From a virus (lineage: Duplodnaviria > Caudoviricetes), in the IMG/VR virus record IMGVR_UViG_3300010366_000020, positions 1 to 42,081 of that record: a stretch of 42,081 nucleotides of DNA; one strand, given 5' to 3'. This document shows positions 9,552 to 19,000 of the stretch, one piece after another. How positions within the stretch are numbered: the first letter of the stretch is position 1; the number at the start of each line of letters is the position of its first letter. The translations under genes and the position numbers were made by a program. The notes beneath the pieces are model-generated. The model was not told the origin of the DNA. It did no database searches and saw nothing but the letters and a program-made list of their open reading frames with translations.

Positions 9552-10022
9552 CTACGCCGGATAGCGGTGGTAGTGCCGCACGGGCGGATCGTGGCGGTGC
9601 TGCCAGTAGCCGCGGTGACGTAACTCGTCGAGGATCCGTACGTCTAGCCGCTGCCAATGCCGTGCCGGGAGACCGCCGGTGCCGTCTTCGCCCACCACGT
9701 CGAGCAAGTCCGGCTCTGCCGCTTTCAGCTCGGCGGTGAACCTCGTGCAGCCGAGGCAGACCAGCAGCTGCTCCCCGATCGGGTACGGGTGCCCGCACCA
9801 CGGTTCCCGGCACGCGGTGAGCCCGGGTACTACCCCGGCGTGGATGCCGATGTCCTGCTCAACGATCAGCAGATCGCCGGGCGTCCGCCACTGCTCGGCG
9901 AGCAACGCCCAGTAGGCGGTGACATCGGCCGGGTCCAGCCGCACCCGCCGATGCCCCGGCGCGTGCCGGTTGAGCAGACGGGCCGTAGCTGGATGAAGCC
10001 GCGTGTACGGAACCAGGACCAC
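9552..10022 (-). CDS. Hypothetical protein, possible minimal GT-A glycosyltransferase-like
   Basis: VLVPY first strand, DLLIVEQD (DxD-like), LGCTRF, acidic WQRLD and C-terminal His residues. Confidence 0.4.
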   Translation of the reverse strand: MVLVPYTRLHPATARLLNRHAPGHRRVRLDPADVTAYWALLAEQWRTPGDLLIVEQDIGIHAGVVPGLTACREPWCGHPYPIGEQLLVCLGCTRFTAELKAAEPDLLDVVGEDGTGGLPARHWQRLDVRILDELRHRGYWQHRHDPPVRHYHRYPA

Positions 10023-10345
10023 TACGAGGACGGAGCGGCCTTACGTGCCCGCGCCGGCTTTGCCTCCGAGGCAGGCCCGGTCGACACGGATCGCGCCGCG
10101 GCAACCAGCTGCTCCACCGCCGAGAGCAGAGTCGCCGGATCCTGACGCCGGTCAAGCTCCTCCTGCATGAGACGGTTCTGCCGCTCGATGTCGGTCTCCC
10201 ACAGCGGCTGCTTCCCGGCGTGGAAGCGGCGTAGCCGCTCGCCGAACTCCTCGGGCACATCGAATCCGCCCTGTTCGTCGGCGTCGAAGTGGCCGTATTC
10301 GGGGTCGTCGAGCGCGGTTGCGCCCGTGCGCGTGTAGAGGCGCAT
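10022..10345 (-). CDS. Hypothetical head-module protein
   Basis: AAGGAG RBS, 107 aa, coupled to the downstream gene. Confidence 0.7.
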   Translation of the reverse strand: MRLYTRTGATALDDPEYGHFDADEQGGFDVPEEFGERLRRFHAGKQPLWETDIERQNRLMQEELDRRQDPATLLSAVEQLVAAARSVSTGPASEAKPARARKAAPSS

Positions 10346-10382
10346 CGTGCTCTCCTTCGAGGGGTGAGGGGTCTGGTGTGGG

Positions 10383-11078
10383 TCAGGTGACGACGACGTA
10401 CGGGACGGTGCCGACCGTCGTCGGCGTTGCGATCGTCGCCGGGGCGGTGGCGGTCAACGACGAACCAGACGTACGGGCGAGCACCTTCTGCCCGGTGACG
10501 ACCGCGCCGGAGGCATCAGCCTGGACCGACGCACCGATCAGCGTCGGCACCGTTGTCGCCTTCACCATCACCGCCGCGTAGTAGATGCCGGTCGCGGCAA
10601 CCGTGTACGGACTGGACAGGGCCAGGGTTTTCGCCGTGTCGGCAGCCCACGCGGTCGTGGTCTGATCGGCGGACTGGGCAATCAGCGCCGGGGTAGCCGA
10701 CGTGTCATAGAGGGCGAACCACCAGTTCGTTGGCACGCTGGCCGCAGTCGCGCCGGACATGAACGTCAGGTTCGTGACAACATCCCCGGCGTACAGCAGG
10801 ATCGCAGCCGACGTCATGACCTGGGTCGTCAGGGCCGCCAGGTTCCCGCCAGCGCTCCTGCGGGGCATGTTGTACCGAATGAACGCAGGGGCGCCGTTCA
10901 GGTAGTACTCGGCTTGGTCGGCTGCCTGCTGGATCTGCGCGGCGTCGGTCGGTGCGCTACCGGCCGCCAGGCCAGTGATCTTGTTGGACCCCATGGCGAT
11001 CGGCCCCGTCATGGTGCCGCCGGCCAGAGGCAGCGTGAGGGCGTAGGCCGCCACAATGCCGTCGTTCGGATTTCCCAC
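10383..11078 (-). CDS. Putative capsid decoration / head fibre protein
   Basis: GGAG RBS before GTG 11078; LPLAGGTMTGPIAMGSNKITGLAAG fibre motif plus a beta-rich C-terminal domain; follows the capsid gene. Confidence 0.6.
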   Translation of the reverse strand: MGNPNDGIVAAYALTLPLAGGTMTGPIAMGSNKITGLAAGSAPTDAAQIQQAADQAEYYLNGAPAFIRYNMPRRSAGGNLAALTTQVMTSAAILLYAGDVVTNLTFMSGATAASVPTNWWFALYDTSATPALIAQSADQTTTAWAADTAKTLALSSPYTVAATGIYYAAVMVKATTVPTLIGASVQADASGAVVTGQKVLARTSGSSLTATAPATIATPTTVGTVPYVVVT

Positions 11079-11098
11079 GGTTACTCCAATTCCTGAAC

Positions 11099-11136
11099 GC
11101 CGATGGGCCGACTGGAGAGCCAGTCGGCCCATCGGC
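11099..11136. terminator. 17-bp perfect hairpin after the capsid/HNH genes
   Basis: GCCGATGGGCCGACTGG-agag-CCAGTCGGCCCATCGGC, intergenic. Confidence 0.6.
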
Positions 11137-11174
11137 ATGTTTGGTCGTGTTGTCCTTACGGAAGCAAACAGGGA

Positions 11175-12179
11175 TCAGGATCGACGATTCGCCCTCAACC
11201 TCAGGTTCTCGCTGCGGGTCACAGCACTAAGGTGCTCCGGGTTCACGCACCTGCGGTTCAGGCATCTGTGGTGCACGTCGTGGCCAGCGGGCACGGCACC
11301 GTTGGCTAGCCCGTACGAGTAGACATGCGCGCCGACCATCACGCCGTGCCGAACGCCGAACTGGCCGTAGCCAGTCTTCGCGTTTACGCTGGCCGCCCAA
11401 AGCCAGCACGTCGGCGTCTTCTGAACCTTCGCCCAGAACCGCTGTGCCGGCGTCCGCTGCGACGGCCGCTCAACCTCGGGGTCCTTGAGCCACTTCCGGT
11501 AGTGCGGCCGGCAGATCGTCCGCTTGAACACTGATCGATCGCAGCCGCCCTCAGTGCAGACGGTTGGTTTCTCCACCTTCGGCTTGGCTAGCACCACTTC
11601 GGGCACGTAGCCCCACGAGTCGCCACCCCGGCCACGGGCAATGTTCTCCCGACGGGTCACCGGTTCGAGGTGCGCAGGGTTCACGCAGCGACGGTGGGGG
11701 CAGTTGGCGTTGTCGGCACAGTCTGGGTCCCTGGTGTGGCAGAGATGGTCGAGCACAAGGCCGTCGGGGATTGGCCCGACGACCAACTGATAGGCAATGC
11801 GGTGCGCGAGGCGCGTCTCGCAGCGGCGGTGCGCGCTTCGGGTGCCGTAGCCGTTGGGCTGCATGTATCCAGTCCATGGCCAGCAGTCGTCAGGTCCGCG
11901 CTGGGTGACCTGCGCCCAGAAGCGCCGCTCTCGGGGATCCGTTGGCTCCCCACGAACCTCGATTCGCCTGGCGTGCATGTGGCAAAGCCCGCGCCTCTGG
12001 GGAGGCGTTTCGCACCCGTCGATGACGCAGATGTCAGGCTGGCGCGCGTAGCGGCGTGTCCGGTATAGCGGGTCGCCGTACGTGCGCCAGCGTGCGTAGT
12101 GCATCGAGCACCAGCCACGCCCAACAACTGGCTTGTCGCAATCCTCGATGGTGCACGGATCGCCTCTTCGTACCTTCAC
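11175..12179 (-). CDS. Free-standing homing endonuclease with two HNH domains and three zinc-finger modules
   Basis: Two CWxW...GYG...AH...H.C..R.CVNP.HL..VT..EN domains; three Cx4C...CxxH modules. Confidence 0.85.
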   Translation of the reverse strand: MKVRRGDPCTIEDCDKPVVGRGWCSMHYARWRTYGDPLYRTRRYARQPDICVIDGCETPPQRRGLCHMHARRIEVRGEPTDPRERRFWAQVTQRGPDDCWPWTGYMQPNGYGTRSAHRRCETRLAHRIAYQLVVGPIPDGLVLDHLCHTRDPDCADNANCPHRRCVNPAHLEPVTRRENIARGRGGDSWGYVPEVVLAKPKVEKPTVCTEGGCDRSVFKRTICRPHYRKWLKDPEVERPSQRTPAQRFWAKVQKTPTCWLWAASVNAKTGYGQFGVRHGVMVGAHVYSYGLANGAVPAGHDVHHRCLNRRCVNPEHLSAVTRSENLRLRANRRS

Positions 12180-12186
12180 TCTTGGT

Positions 12187-12228
12187 CCCTGTAGGTAGCC
12201 GGGCTTATCGCCTTCACTACCTACAGGG
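12187..12228. promoter_or_regulatory. 12-bp inverted repeat upstream of the HNH gene
   Basis: CCCTGTAGGTAG-N18-CTACCTACAGGG, overlapping a minus-strand TACCCT -10-like hexamer. Confidence 0.5.
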
Positions 12229-12269
12229 TACCACTCACGTATTACCGGAGACGGCGAAATGCCCTGCTA

Positions 12270-13769
12270 CTAGCCGACATTCTGCAGCGTCGCCATTGCT
12301 ACCGGAGCCCTGTTGATCATGGCCCCGACACTGCGAATCTCGAATTCTTTCCGTGGACCCCCGCCTGCGGTGTTGGCGACGCGGGAGATGCCGTAGTCGA
12401 ACTGGGCGGTGTCGCGCAGGCTTCGGTACTCCAGCACGCTGGAGATGTTGGCCTGCGGGAACGGAACCCGGTCGGTACGCGCAACGATGGTGCCAGGGGG
12501 CAGCGACACGTGGACCTCGATCGGGACGGTCACGCCACCGGCTGGCGCGTTGACGATCTCCCCGACCCGGCCACCCGCGACCACGCTGATACGGCCGGAC
12601 GCGTCGGTGTTGAGGAACGTGGTCGCCGAGTTCGCGCCGAGGATCAGGTTCGCGATCTCCTGCGCCTGCGCCGCATTGACCATGATGGCGGTCGGGGAGC
12701 ACTTGACCTGGTTCCACAGCGGCAGGAACAGGTAGTTCTCGATTTCGGTGACGGTACCGCCGGTCAGGGTCAGCGCCGCGCCGTCGATCGAGTTGTTGAT
12801 CGACGGGTTCGCGGTGCCGGTGCCGGGCTGTATCCACTGGCCGGAGCCGTTGTAGTCGCCGGCCAGCGATGCGAGGAACCCGTCGTAGTCGTTGGCGTTC
12901 GCCGAGCCGTTGTCGGCCGCCGTGTTGATCGTCGGAACCGTGCTGGCGGTGCCCTTCCACGAAGTGGACAGGTCCGGTGCGGCAGTGACGGACGGCAGCG
13001 ACTGGTTCGCGCTGATCGTCTTGGTCATCGTGACCGAGTTGACCGTCGTCGTCGTGTAGTAGTACCAGGTGGTGCCGTCGGCCGACTGGAACCAGTCGTA
13101 GGCCACCGCGCCACGTACCGATGCCACCGTGGCCGTCACCTTGTGGGTAGACGCGGCGACGGTGGAGGTAGTGACGCTCGCCGAGTTGGCGCGGGAGTTC
13201 CCGGACCCGTAGTAGTACCCGGACCCGGTGCGAGCGGCCACACCGACGTACACGGTGGTGGACGCGGCGATCGTGCCGCCCGTGTCAGCCTGGGTCAACG
13301 TCGGCGCAGCAGGCCGGGCCAGGGCGAACGACTGGGCGCCCATCAGCTTCCGGTCGTCGCCGATCAGGACCTGGTTGAGGACGTTGAACGTGGCGATCGC
13401 GTACGGGTCGCCGTAGCCCTTCGCCAAGTCGAACGCGTCCTGGGTGACCAGGCCAGCGAGACCGGTCGGCTTGTACCGGGCCTGGAAGTCCTGCTCCAGG
13501 AACACGGTCTCGTTGGCGGCGTAGTCGAAACCCATCGACGGGTCGGGCTGCGAACTGGTCAGGTCCATGATCGCCCGCCAGACGGCGTAGGGGTTGCCGT
13601 CGGGGGACTGCTTGCGGGCGACGATGTCGCGAAACGGGATGACGACCGGGATCATGCTGACAAGGCCGGACAGGTCGTAGCTGTAGATACCAGTCGTCTC
13701 AAGGATGCCGGTGGTCTGCGCCTTGGCGATGGCAGCCAACGTCTCCTCGGTGACGTTCTCGATGCTCAC
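12270..13769 (-). CDS. Major capsid protein with internal Thr-rich beta-sandwich insertion
   Basis: 499 aa, follows the scaffold; YSYDL, PTAIMVN and IEVHVSLPPGTIV motifs resemble HK97-fold capsids; AAGAGG RBS. Confidence 0.85.
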   Translation of the reverse strand: MSIENVTEETLAAIAKAQTTGILETTGIYSYDLSGLVSMIPVVIPFRDIVARKQSPDGNPYAVWRAIMDLTSSQPDPSMGFDYAANETVFLEQDFQARYKPTGLAGLVTQDAFDLAKGYGDPYAIATFNVLNQVLIGDDRKLMGAQSFALARPAAPTLTQADTGGTIAASTTVYVGVAARTGSGYYYGSGNSRANSASVTTSTVAASTHKVTATVASVRGAVAYDWFQSADGTTWYYYTTTTVNSVTMTKTISANQSLPSVTAAPDLSTSWKGTASTVPTINTAADNGSANANDYDGFLASLAGDYNGSGQWIQPGTGTANPSINNSIDGAALTLTGGTVTEIENYLFLPLWNQVKCSPTAIMVNAAQAQEIANLILGANSATTFLNTDASGRISVVAGGRVGEIVNAPAGGVTVPIEVHVSLPPGTIVARTDRVPFPQANISSVLEYRSLRDTAQFDYGISRVANTAGGGPRKEFEIRSVGAMINRAPVAMATLQNVG

Positions 13770-13790
13770 GGGTGCCTCTTTCTGGGCATG

Positions 13791-13824
13791 CGAAAGCCCC
13801 GGCCATCTGCTGGTCCGGGGCTCG
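13791..13824 (-). terminator. Hairpin between scaffold and capsid genes
   Basis: AGCCCCGG(ACCA-GCAGA-TGG)CCGGGGCT followed by TTCG. Confidence 0.5.
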
Positions 13825-13848
13825 AAGTGGCTGGAAGGTTGGCGGCTT

Positions 13849-15687
13849 CTACCGCCGCTGGTGAATCTCCTGGAGCCGGGCGATCGCCGCCGCCTGCATC
13901 TCCTGGGCCGCCTCGTTCTGCTCGGGCGCAGTGCCGGCGTAGAGCGTCTTCTTCAGCTCAGCGGCCTTGGCGACGTCGACCGGGACAGCGCCCCGATCCT
14001 GGCCGCGCAGGTGGTGCGCGGGAGGTACGGCTCCGCTGGTGAACACCTTCGGCTCGGCTGGCTGCTCCTCCAGCACCCGGATCTGGCCCTTGAGCGTCTC
14101 GACCGTCTCCGCCATCGCAGCCAGGTCAGCCGCCTGCTTGGCGATGACCTGCTCCTGCGTGGCGCTGTGCGCGGCGAGCTGCGCGTTGACCATGTCCGTG
14201 ATACTGCCCTTGAGAACATCCGAGAGGGTGTCGCTGCTGTTGGTCGGGTTGTCGGTGTCGGTCTGCTTGGCGACGCCGTCGGGTACGGCGTCGGCGGGGA
14301 TGCCGACCTCGGCCGCAGGCGCGGGCTCCAGGTCGGCGGTCTCGGGGGCGCCGTCGGCGGGCATCTCGCCCGCGCCGTCGCCACCGTCGTCCCTGGACGG
14401 CTCGTCCACGTCCGCGGTGTCCTCCTCGGCTGCCATCGAGGCAACCGGGATGACCTGATCCGGGCTGACAACGCCGACGAGCCGCCCCTTCGCGTCGTAG
14501 ATGGGAACCTGCGGGGTCTTCTCGCCGTCGGCCTTCACGACCGGCTCGGTGTGTGTGGTCTGCTCGGCGGGTACGGCCTCGATGTCGGCCACGGTCTCCT
14601 CCTGCTTGGTGACCGGCTGGCCGGCCTCCTCGTCATCGGTAATGGGTGCGGCGGGCAAGCTGGCGAGCACCTTCTGCAAGGACTCGACAGCCCCCCGGAT
14701 GGCGGCCTCGTTCGCCGACGACAGGACCCGGCCAGCCTTCACGACCGGCGCCAACCCTTCGATCGTGTCCAGCACGTTCGGGTCAAAGCCGGAGAGCGCC
14801 TTCCCGACCGCCTGGGCTGCCTCGCCCGCGAGGTCGGCTTCGGCCTGCTCCTCGACGGCGAAACCGGCGAGGACGTCGATGGCGCACGCAATCGCACACT
14901 GCGCGTCCTGAAGGTCCCAGGCCGCCTCGACGTCGCCCGGGTCCGCCCCGGTGGCCGCTTCCACCATCTCGCGTTCCGCGAGCAGACCGAGAGCGTTCTT
15001 GGCGCGCACCAGGATGGCGGTCCATTTGCGGGCGGTCGCCGCGTCGATGGCCTCCCACGCCGGTGAGCCCGGCTCGGCCGGATCGCCCTGCGTCTGCCCG
15101 TCGGGTACGGCGAGCGGCACGGTCGGGTCAAGGATGCCCGTCGCCTCGTCCGGTTCTGTCATCTTGGAGACCTCGATTCCGAACTTCTTCGCGGCGGCGC
15201 GGATCTTCGGCATAGCCTCGTCGCCGAACGGGGACTGGGGTGCGCGGGACAGCGCGTTGCGTACGTGCGCCTCGTCATGGATCGGGAAGTGCCGCAGCGA
15301 CCGGGGGCTGGTGCGACCCTGTTCGTCCTTCGTCCCTCCGCTTTCGATGTAGGCGAAAGCAGAATCGGGAAGGTCGTTGATGTCCGCCGCGCTCATCTCG
15401 GCTTTCTCGACATGTCCGTCTGCCTGCCGCTGGGCGGCCTGATGGATAAGCTTGACGATCGCGGCCGGGCTGCCAGTCATGGTCACCGTCTCCCCGTCGT
15501 CGGTCACAGAGGCAGGTTCGGACTTGCCGATGAGGTCCCGAACGAACTCGGGATCCATCAGGCCCTCGCCGTCTTCCCGCTTGGCGATCAAAAAACGCAG
15601 CCCGTTGGCGGCCTTGTCCACGAGGTCTATGCGCGGGATGTCGGCGTCACGCAACTCGCTGAAGTCGTCGTCGACTGGCGCGGTCAT
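13849..15687 (-). CDS. Scaffold / prohead maturation protein (VDKAAN segment, DUF6582-like domain, coiled-coil C-terminus)
   Basis: GGAGG RBS before ATG 15687; IDLVDKAANG motif; DLPDSAFAY...RHFPIHDEAHVRNALSR domain; acidic linker; immediately upstream of the capsid gene. Confidence 0.75.
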   Translation of the reverse strand: MTAPVDDDFSELRDADIPRIDLVDKAANGLRFLIAKREDGEGLMDPEFVRDLIGKSEPASVTDDGETVTMTGSPAAIVKLIHQAAQRQADGHVEKAEMSAADINDLPDSAFAYIESGGTKDEQGRTSPRSLRHFPIHDEAHVRNALSRAPQSPFGDEAMPKIRAAAKKFGIEVSKMTEPDEATGILDPTVPLAVPDGQTQGDPAEPGSPAWEAIDAATARKWTAILVRAKNALGLLAEREMVEAATGADPGDVEAAWDLQDAQCAIACAIDVLAGFAVEEQAEADLAGEAAQAVGKALSGFDPNVLDTIEGLAPVVKAGRVLSSANEAAIRGAVESLQKVLASLPAAPITDDEEAGQPVTKQEETVADIEAVPAEQTTHTEPVVKADGEKTPQVPIYDAKGRLVGVVSPDQVIPVASMAAEEDTADVDEPSRDDGGDGAGEMPADGAPETADLEPAPAAEVGIPADAVPDGVAKQTDTDNPTNSSDTLSDVLKGSITDMVNAQLAAHSATQEQVIAKQAADLAAMAETVETLKGQIRVLEEQPAEPKVFTSGAVPPAHHLRGQDRGAVPVDVAKAAELKKTLYAGTAPEQNEAAQEMQAAAIARLQEIHQRR

Positions 15688-16064
15688 GCGTTCCTCCGAT
15701 GCGTGATGCGACGGGCTGAACCCTGCGGCGACCAGCCGGTGACACGCCCGGATTTGTAGAGCTGCCACGCGGTCTCGTCGAGGACTGCGCCCACAAGCCA
15801 GTCACCGGCCTTGACGACGACGCCGTCACCGAGATCCCAGTCCGGGCCCCGGTAGACGTAGCTCTCCACCACGTCGGCATGCCCGACGGTCGACTCCGGG
15901 CCGTGGAACAGGCCGACGGCTGGGCCGTTGCGCAGGAACGACCAGGCGGCTTTCTCCAGCTCCTCCGGGGTGAAGTAGTCCCGGCCGCCGTCCGCGCCTC
16001 GCTGAATCCTCGGATCGGGGCCGGCCTGGTAGGCGACGCCAAGGACGTAACGCTGCTCAGGCAT
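15684..16064 (-). CDS. XkdF-like putative prohead serine protease domain
   Basis: QRYVLGVAY...EELEKAAWSF...GLFH...VVESY...GDWLVG...VTGWSPQG. Confidence 0.8.
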   Translation of the reverse strand: MPEQRYVLGVAYQAGPDPRIQRGADGGRDYFTPEELEKAAWSFLRNGPAVGLFHGPESTVGHADVVESYVYRGPDWDLGDGVVVKAGDWLVGAVLDETAWQLYKSGRVTGWSPQGSARRITHRRNA

Positions 16065-16082
16065 CTAACCTCCCAATTCTGG

Positions 16083-19000
16083 CTATCCGGGCCCGACTGG
16101 GTTTTTCCCCTTGCGCTCGCCGCTCCACATCCCGGTGGCGTCGTGGAACCACTGGCTTGTCGTGCGGTCCAGTTCCTCCGGGTCGTGGATGAACTGGGCG
16201 AGGTGGGCGCGCAACGTCCGCCACGGGTGAGGCGCGTCGACCCATTTGCCGAGGCCTTCGCCGCGGGTCCAGTACTCGTGCAGGTGTCGCGCCTCGGCGT
16301 CGCCTGCTACACCCTCGTCGACCTTCTGCACGTCGGCTGGCGCGGGCTGGTCCTCGTCGCCGAGCACCGTCACCGTCGCTCCGGCGACGGCCGTGCCCGC
16401 AGCGACACCGCCGAGGGTTGCGACACCACCGCCTGCCGCCTGCCGTAGGTCTCGCAGCAGGCCCTGAAGGTACGGGCGTTGCTGCTCGGCCCGCTGGTCG
16501 GCGATCCTGTCCAGCAGGTCGGCGTACGGGCCGCTGGTCGGATCTCTGTGACCAGCCTGCCGCACCTGCCGGGCCGCGACGATGTCCGCCGTGAGCCGCT
16601 GTTGGAACGCGGCGACCCCAGACTGACCCGTGGATGGAGTCGGTATAGGGCCACGCTGTCCCGCCGAACCCGGCTGCGCCGCACCGCCCTGCGACAGGTA
16701 CGTGATGCCGCAACGGCACCTCGGTCCCCCGCGGCACACCGTGGCCAAATCGCCGAAACCACCCATGCCGGGCAAGCCCGGCAGGTCACCCGGCTCATAC
16801 AGGTTGCCGTCGCGGGCCGAGCACAGGTCGCAGGCACCCGGCTTCGCGTCCCACCGGATCAGCCAGCCATCACCGGTGGAGAGGGTGGCGAGGGACCGGC
16901 CTTCCTCGTATGCGGTCTGCACCACGGTCGCGTACTGGGCGAAGCGGGCGTCGAACGCCTTGCGCCACTCCTCGAACTCCGCCGACGTCTTCGCCACGGC
17001 CGCGGTATCGGCATCCTGGGTGCCGAGGGTCAGACCCTCCCGGATTCCGTCACGCAACACCCCGACGGCGTCGTCAACGAACGGGCCGGTTGAGGCGCCG
17101 CCGTCGGTGAGGGTGTCAGCGAGTCGCGCAAGCCCGTCAACAACCCGCTGCTGCGCGGGCGCGATCGCCTGCGCCCGCTGACCGGCGTCGGCTTTGGCGA
17201 CCGGTTCGCAGCCGAGAGCCGCGAGAACCGCGTCGATGGAGTCGAGGAGTTCCGGGCGCACTGCCGGGTTGCCGGGCAACTGTGCCGGGTCCCACCAGGC
17301 GACCGCTTCGACGGCATCACCGTCCGGGTCGTCCGGGTTGGTGACGGTGTCCCGGCTGCCGTTGACCGGCACGCAGGACTCCGAGTCGACGGTCCACACG
17401 ATGCCCTGGTAGACCCCGTCGGGGCTGGTCCAGGTCCCGGTCTGTTGCCCGGGAGGCGGGATGCACCCCGTTTCCTCTGCCCATTCCCGCCAAGCGCCTT
17501 GCAGCGGCGTCTCGTCGCCTTCCAGGTGGCCGCTCGGACATTCCCAGCAGCCTGCAGCGGGGTCATCGTCGCACAGCGCCCGCTGCAACATGAGGACCCG
17601 CCCGGTGTCGGCCGCACGAACCGCCAGCCCAGCCACAGCAACCTTCCCCGCAGCCTTGCGGACCGCGAGCCGACCGCCGTCGTTGAGCCGATGCGCCTCG
17701 ACCTGGTCGACGTGGCGGAACTCGAAGTCACGCCACGTGCCAGCGCGGCGTCGGGCCTGGCGGAACCGGCGAAACGCCGTCAGTTCCCGCTTGACCAACT
17801 CCTGCCGCTCGTATTCCTCGTCCTCGTCTTCGTCGGGGCTGTGTCCTACGAGGTCGTAGCCGACGATCCCTGTCTCGGTGGTGATCCCCGCCGAAGGGGC
17901 TTGGGCGTCCTTCGCCACCGGGCCCGGCGCTGCTGGCGACGGCGGGGCGATGTTCGGCTGGTCCGGGGCGGGCCCGAACGTCTCCGGATCCACCTTGCCC
18001 GCAAGCCCGTCGATCGCCGCCAAAGGAAGCGGACCGGTGCCCGTGTTGTAGAACCGCGGCGTCGGCCGGTGCGGGTCGCCCGGCAGGCCCAGCAGTTGCT
18101 CGCGGCCCTCGTCGGCGCTGGCCATCCCCGACTCGATGTAGATCTGCCACGCCTGCGCCAGGGCGAGACGGTCTTCCTTCTCCTGCCCGGTGTCGAACGA
18201 GAACTCAACCGGCAGCCCGAGGTCGTGGCGCAGGAATCCGGTAAGGATGCCCTCGACGTGGGAGAGTAAAGGCAGATCACCGACGCGGTGCTGCACATCA
18301 GCCTGCGTCTCACCCGAGGAGCGGTTGACGTTCTCCGTGAACCCCAGATCCGCAGGCACCACGTGGTACGCGGCACAACTCTTACGCATCAAGAACAAGC
18401 TGAACTGGTCGGAGAAGTCTTTCTCGTTCGACCACTCGATGGTCGACCCGCCGGGAATCCAGCGGATCTGGTTCTTCATCGCCTGGTCGCCGAGCATGAA
18501 CGCGTCCCAGTACTCCTGGAACTGCTCGATCTGCGTCGGTGTCCACGTCTCCGGCGCCGACGCGAACGCCTCCGGGATGTTGCCCTCAGTGAAGCGTTGC
18601 AGGAAGTATGCCTGGAACCGCAGGTCGGTGTTGGCGTTCAGCAGGATCGACTCCAGCGGCGCCCGCCCGTAAGGGCTGTTAGTGACCGGCCGGAACGGCT
18701 CATAGACCAAGTCGGCGCGGGTCAGCCAGTTGAACGGCAGGCCCTGCACGTATTGCACGTAGGCCTCGGCCGGCGGCTCCGGGCTGTTGCCCCAGTAGTC
18801 GAGCAGCGGGGCGATACTCGTGCCGTCCACCACCCGCAGCCCGATCGCGTCACCGCGACGGTTCCGCATCCGGTACAGCGTGCCGGCGTCGTAGGCGAGC
18901 ACGTCGTACAGCCACTTCGCCAGCCAGTTCGCGAACGGGGTCTGCCGGTCGGGCTTCTCCAACACGGCCATGCCCGCGGCGATGGCCGCGTCGGCGTCGC

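Noticed and set aside
11175-12270. Group I intron in the capsid gene carrying the HNH
   Set aside because: The capsid ORF ends with a plausible C-terminus and stop, the next gene has its own RBS, and the flanks are too short for a ribozyme core.
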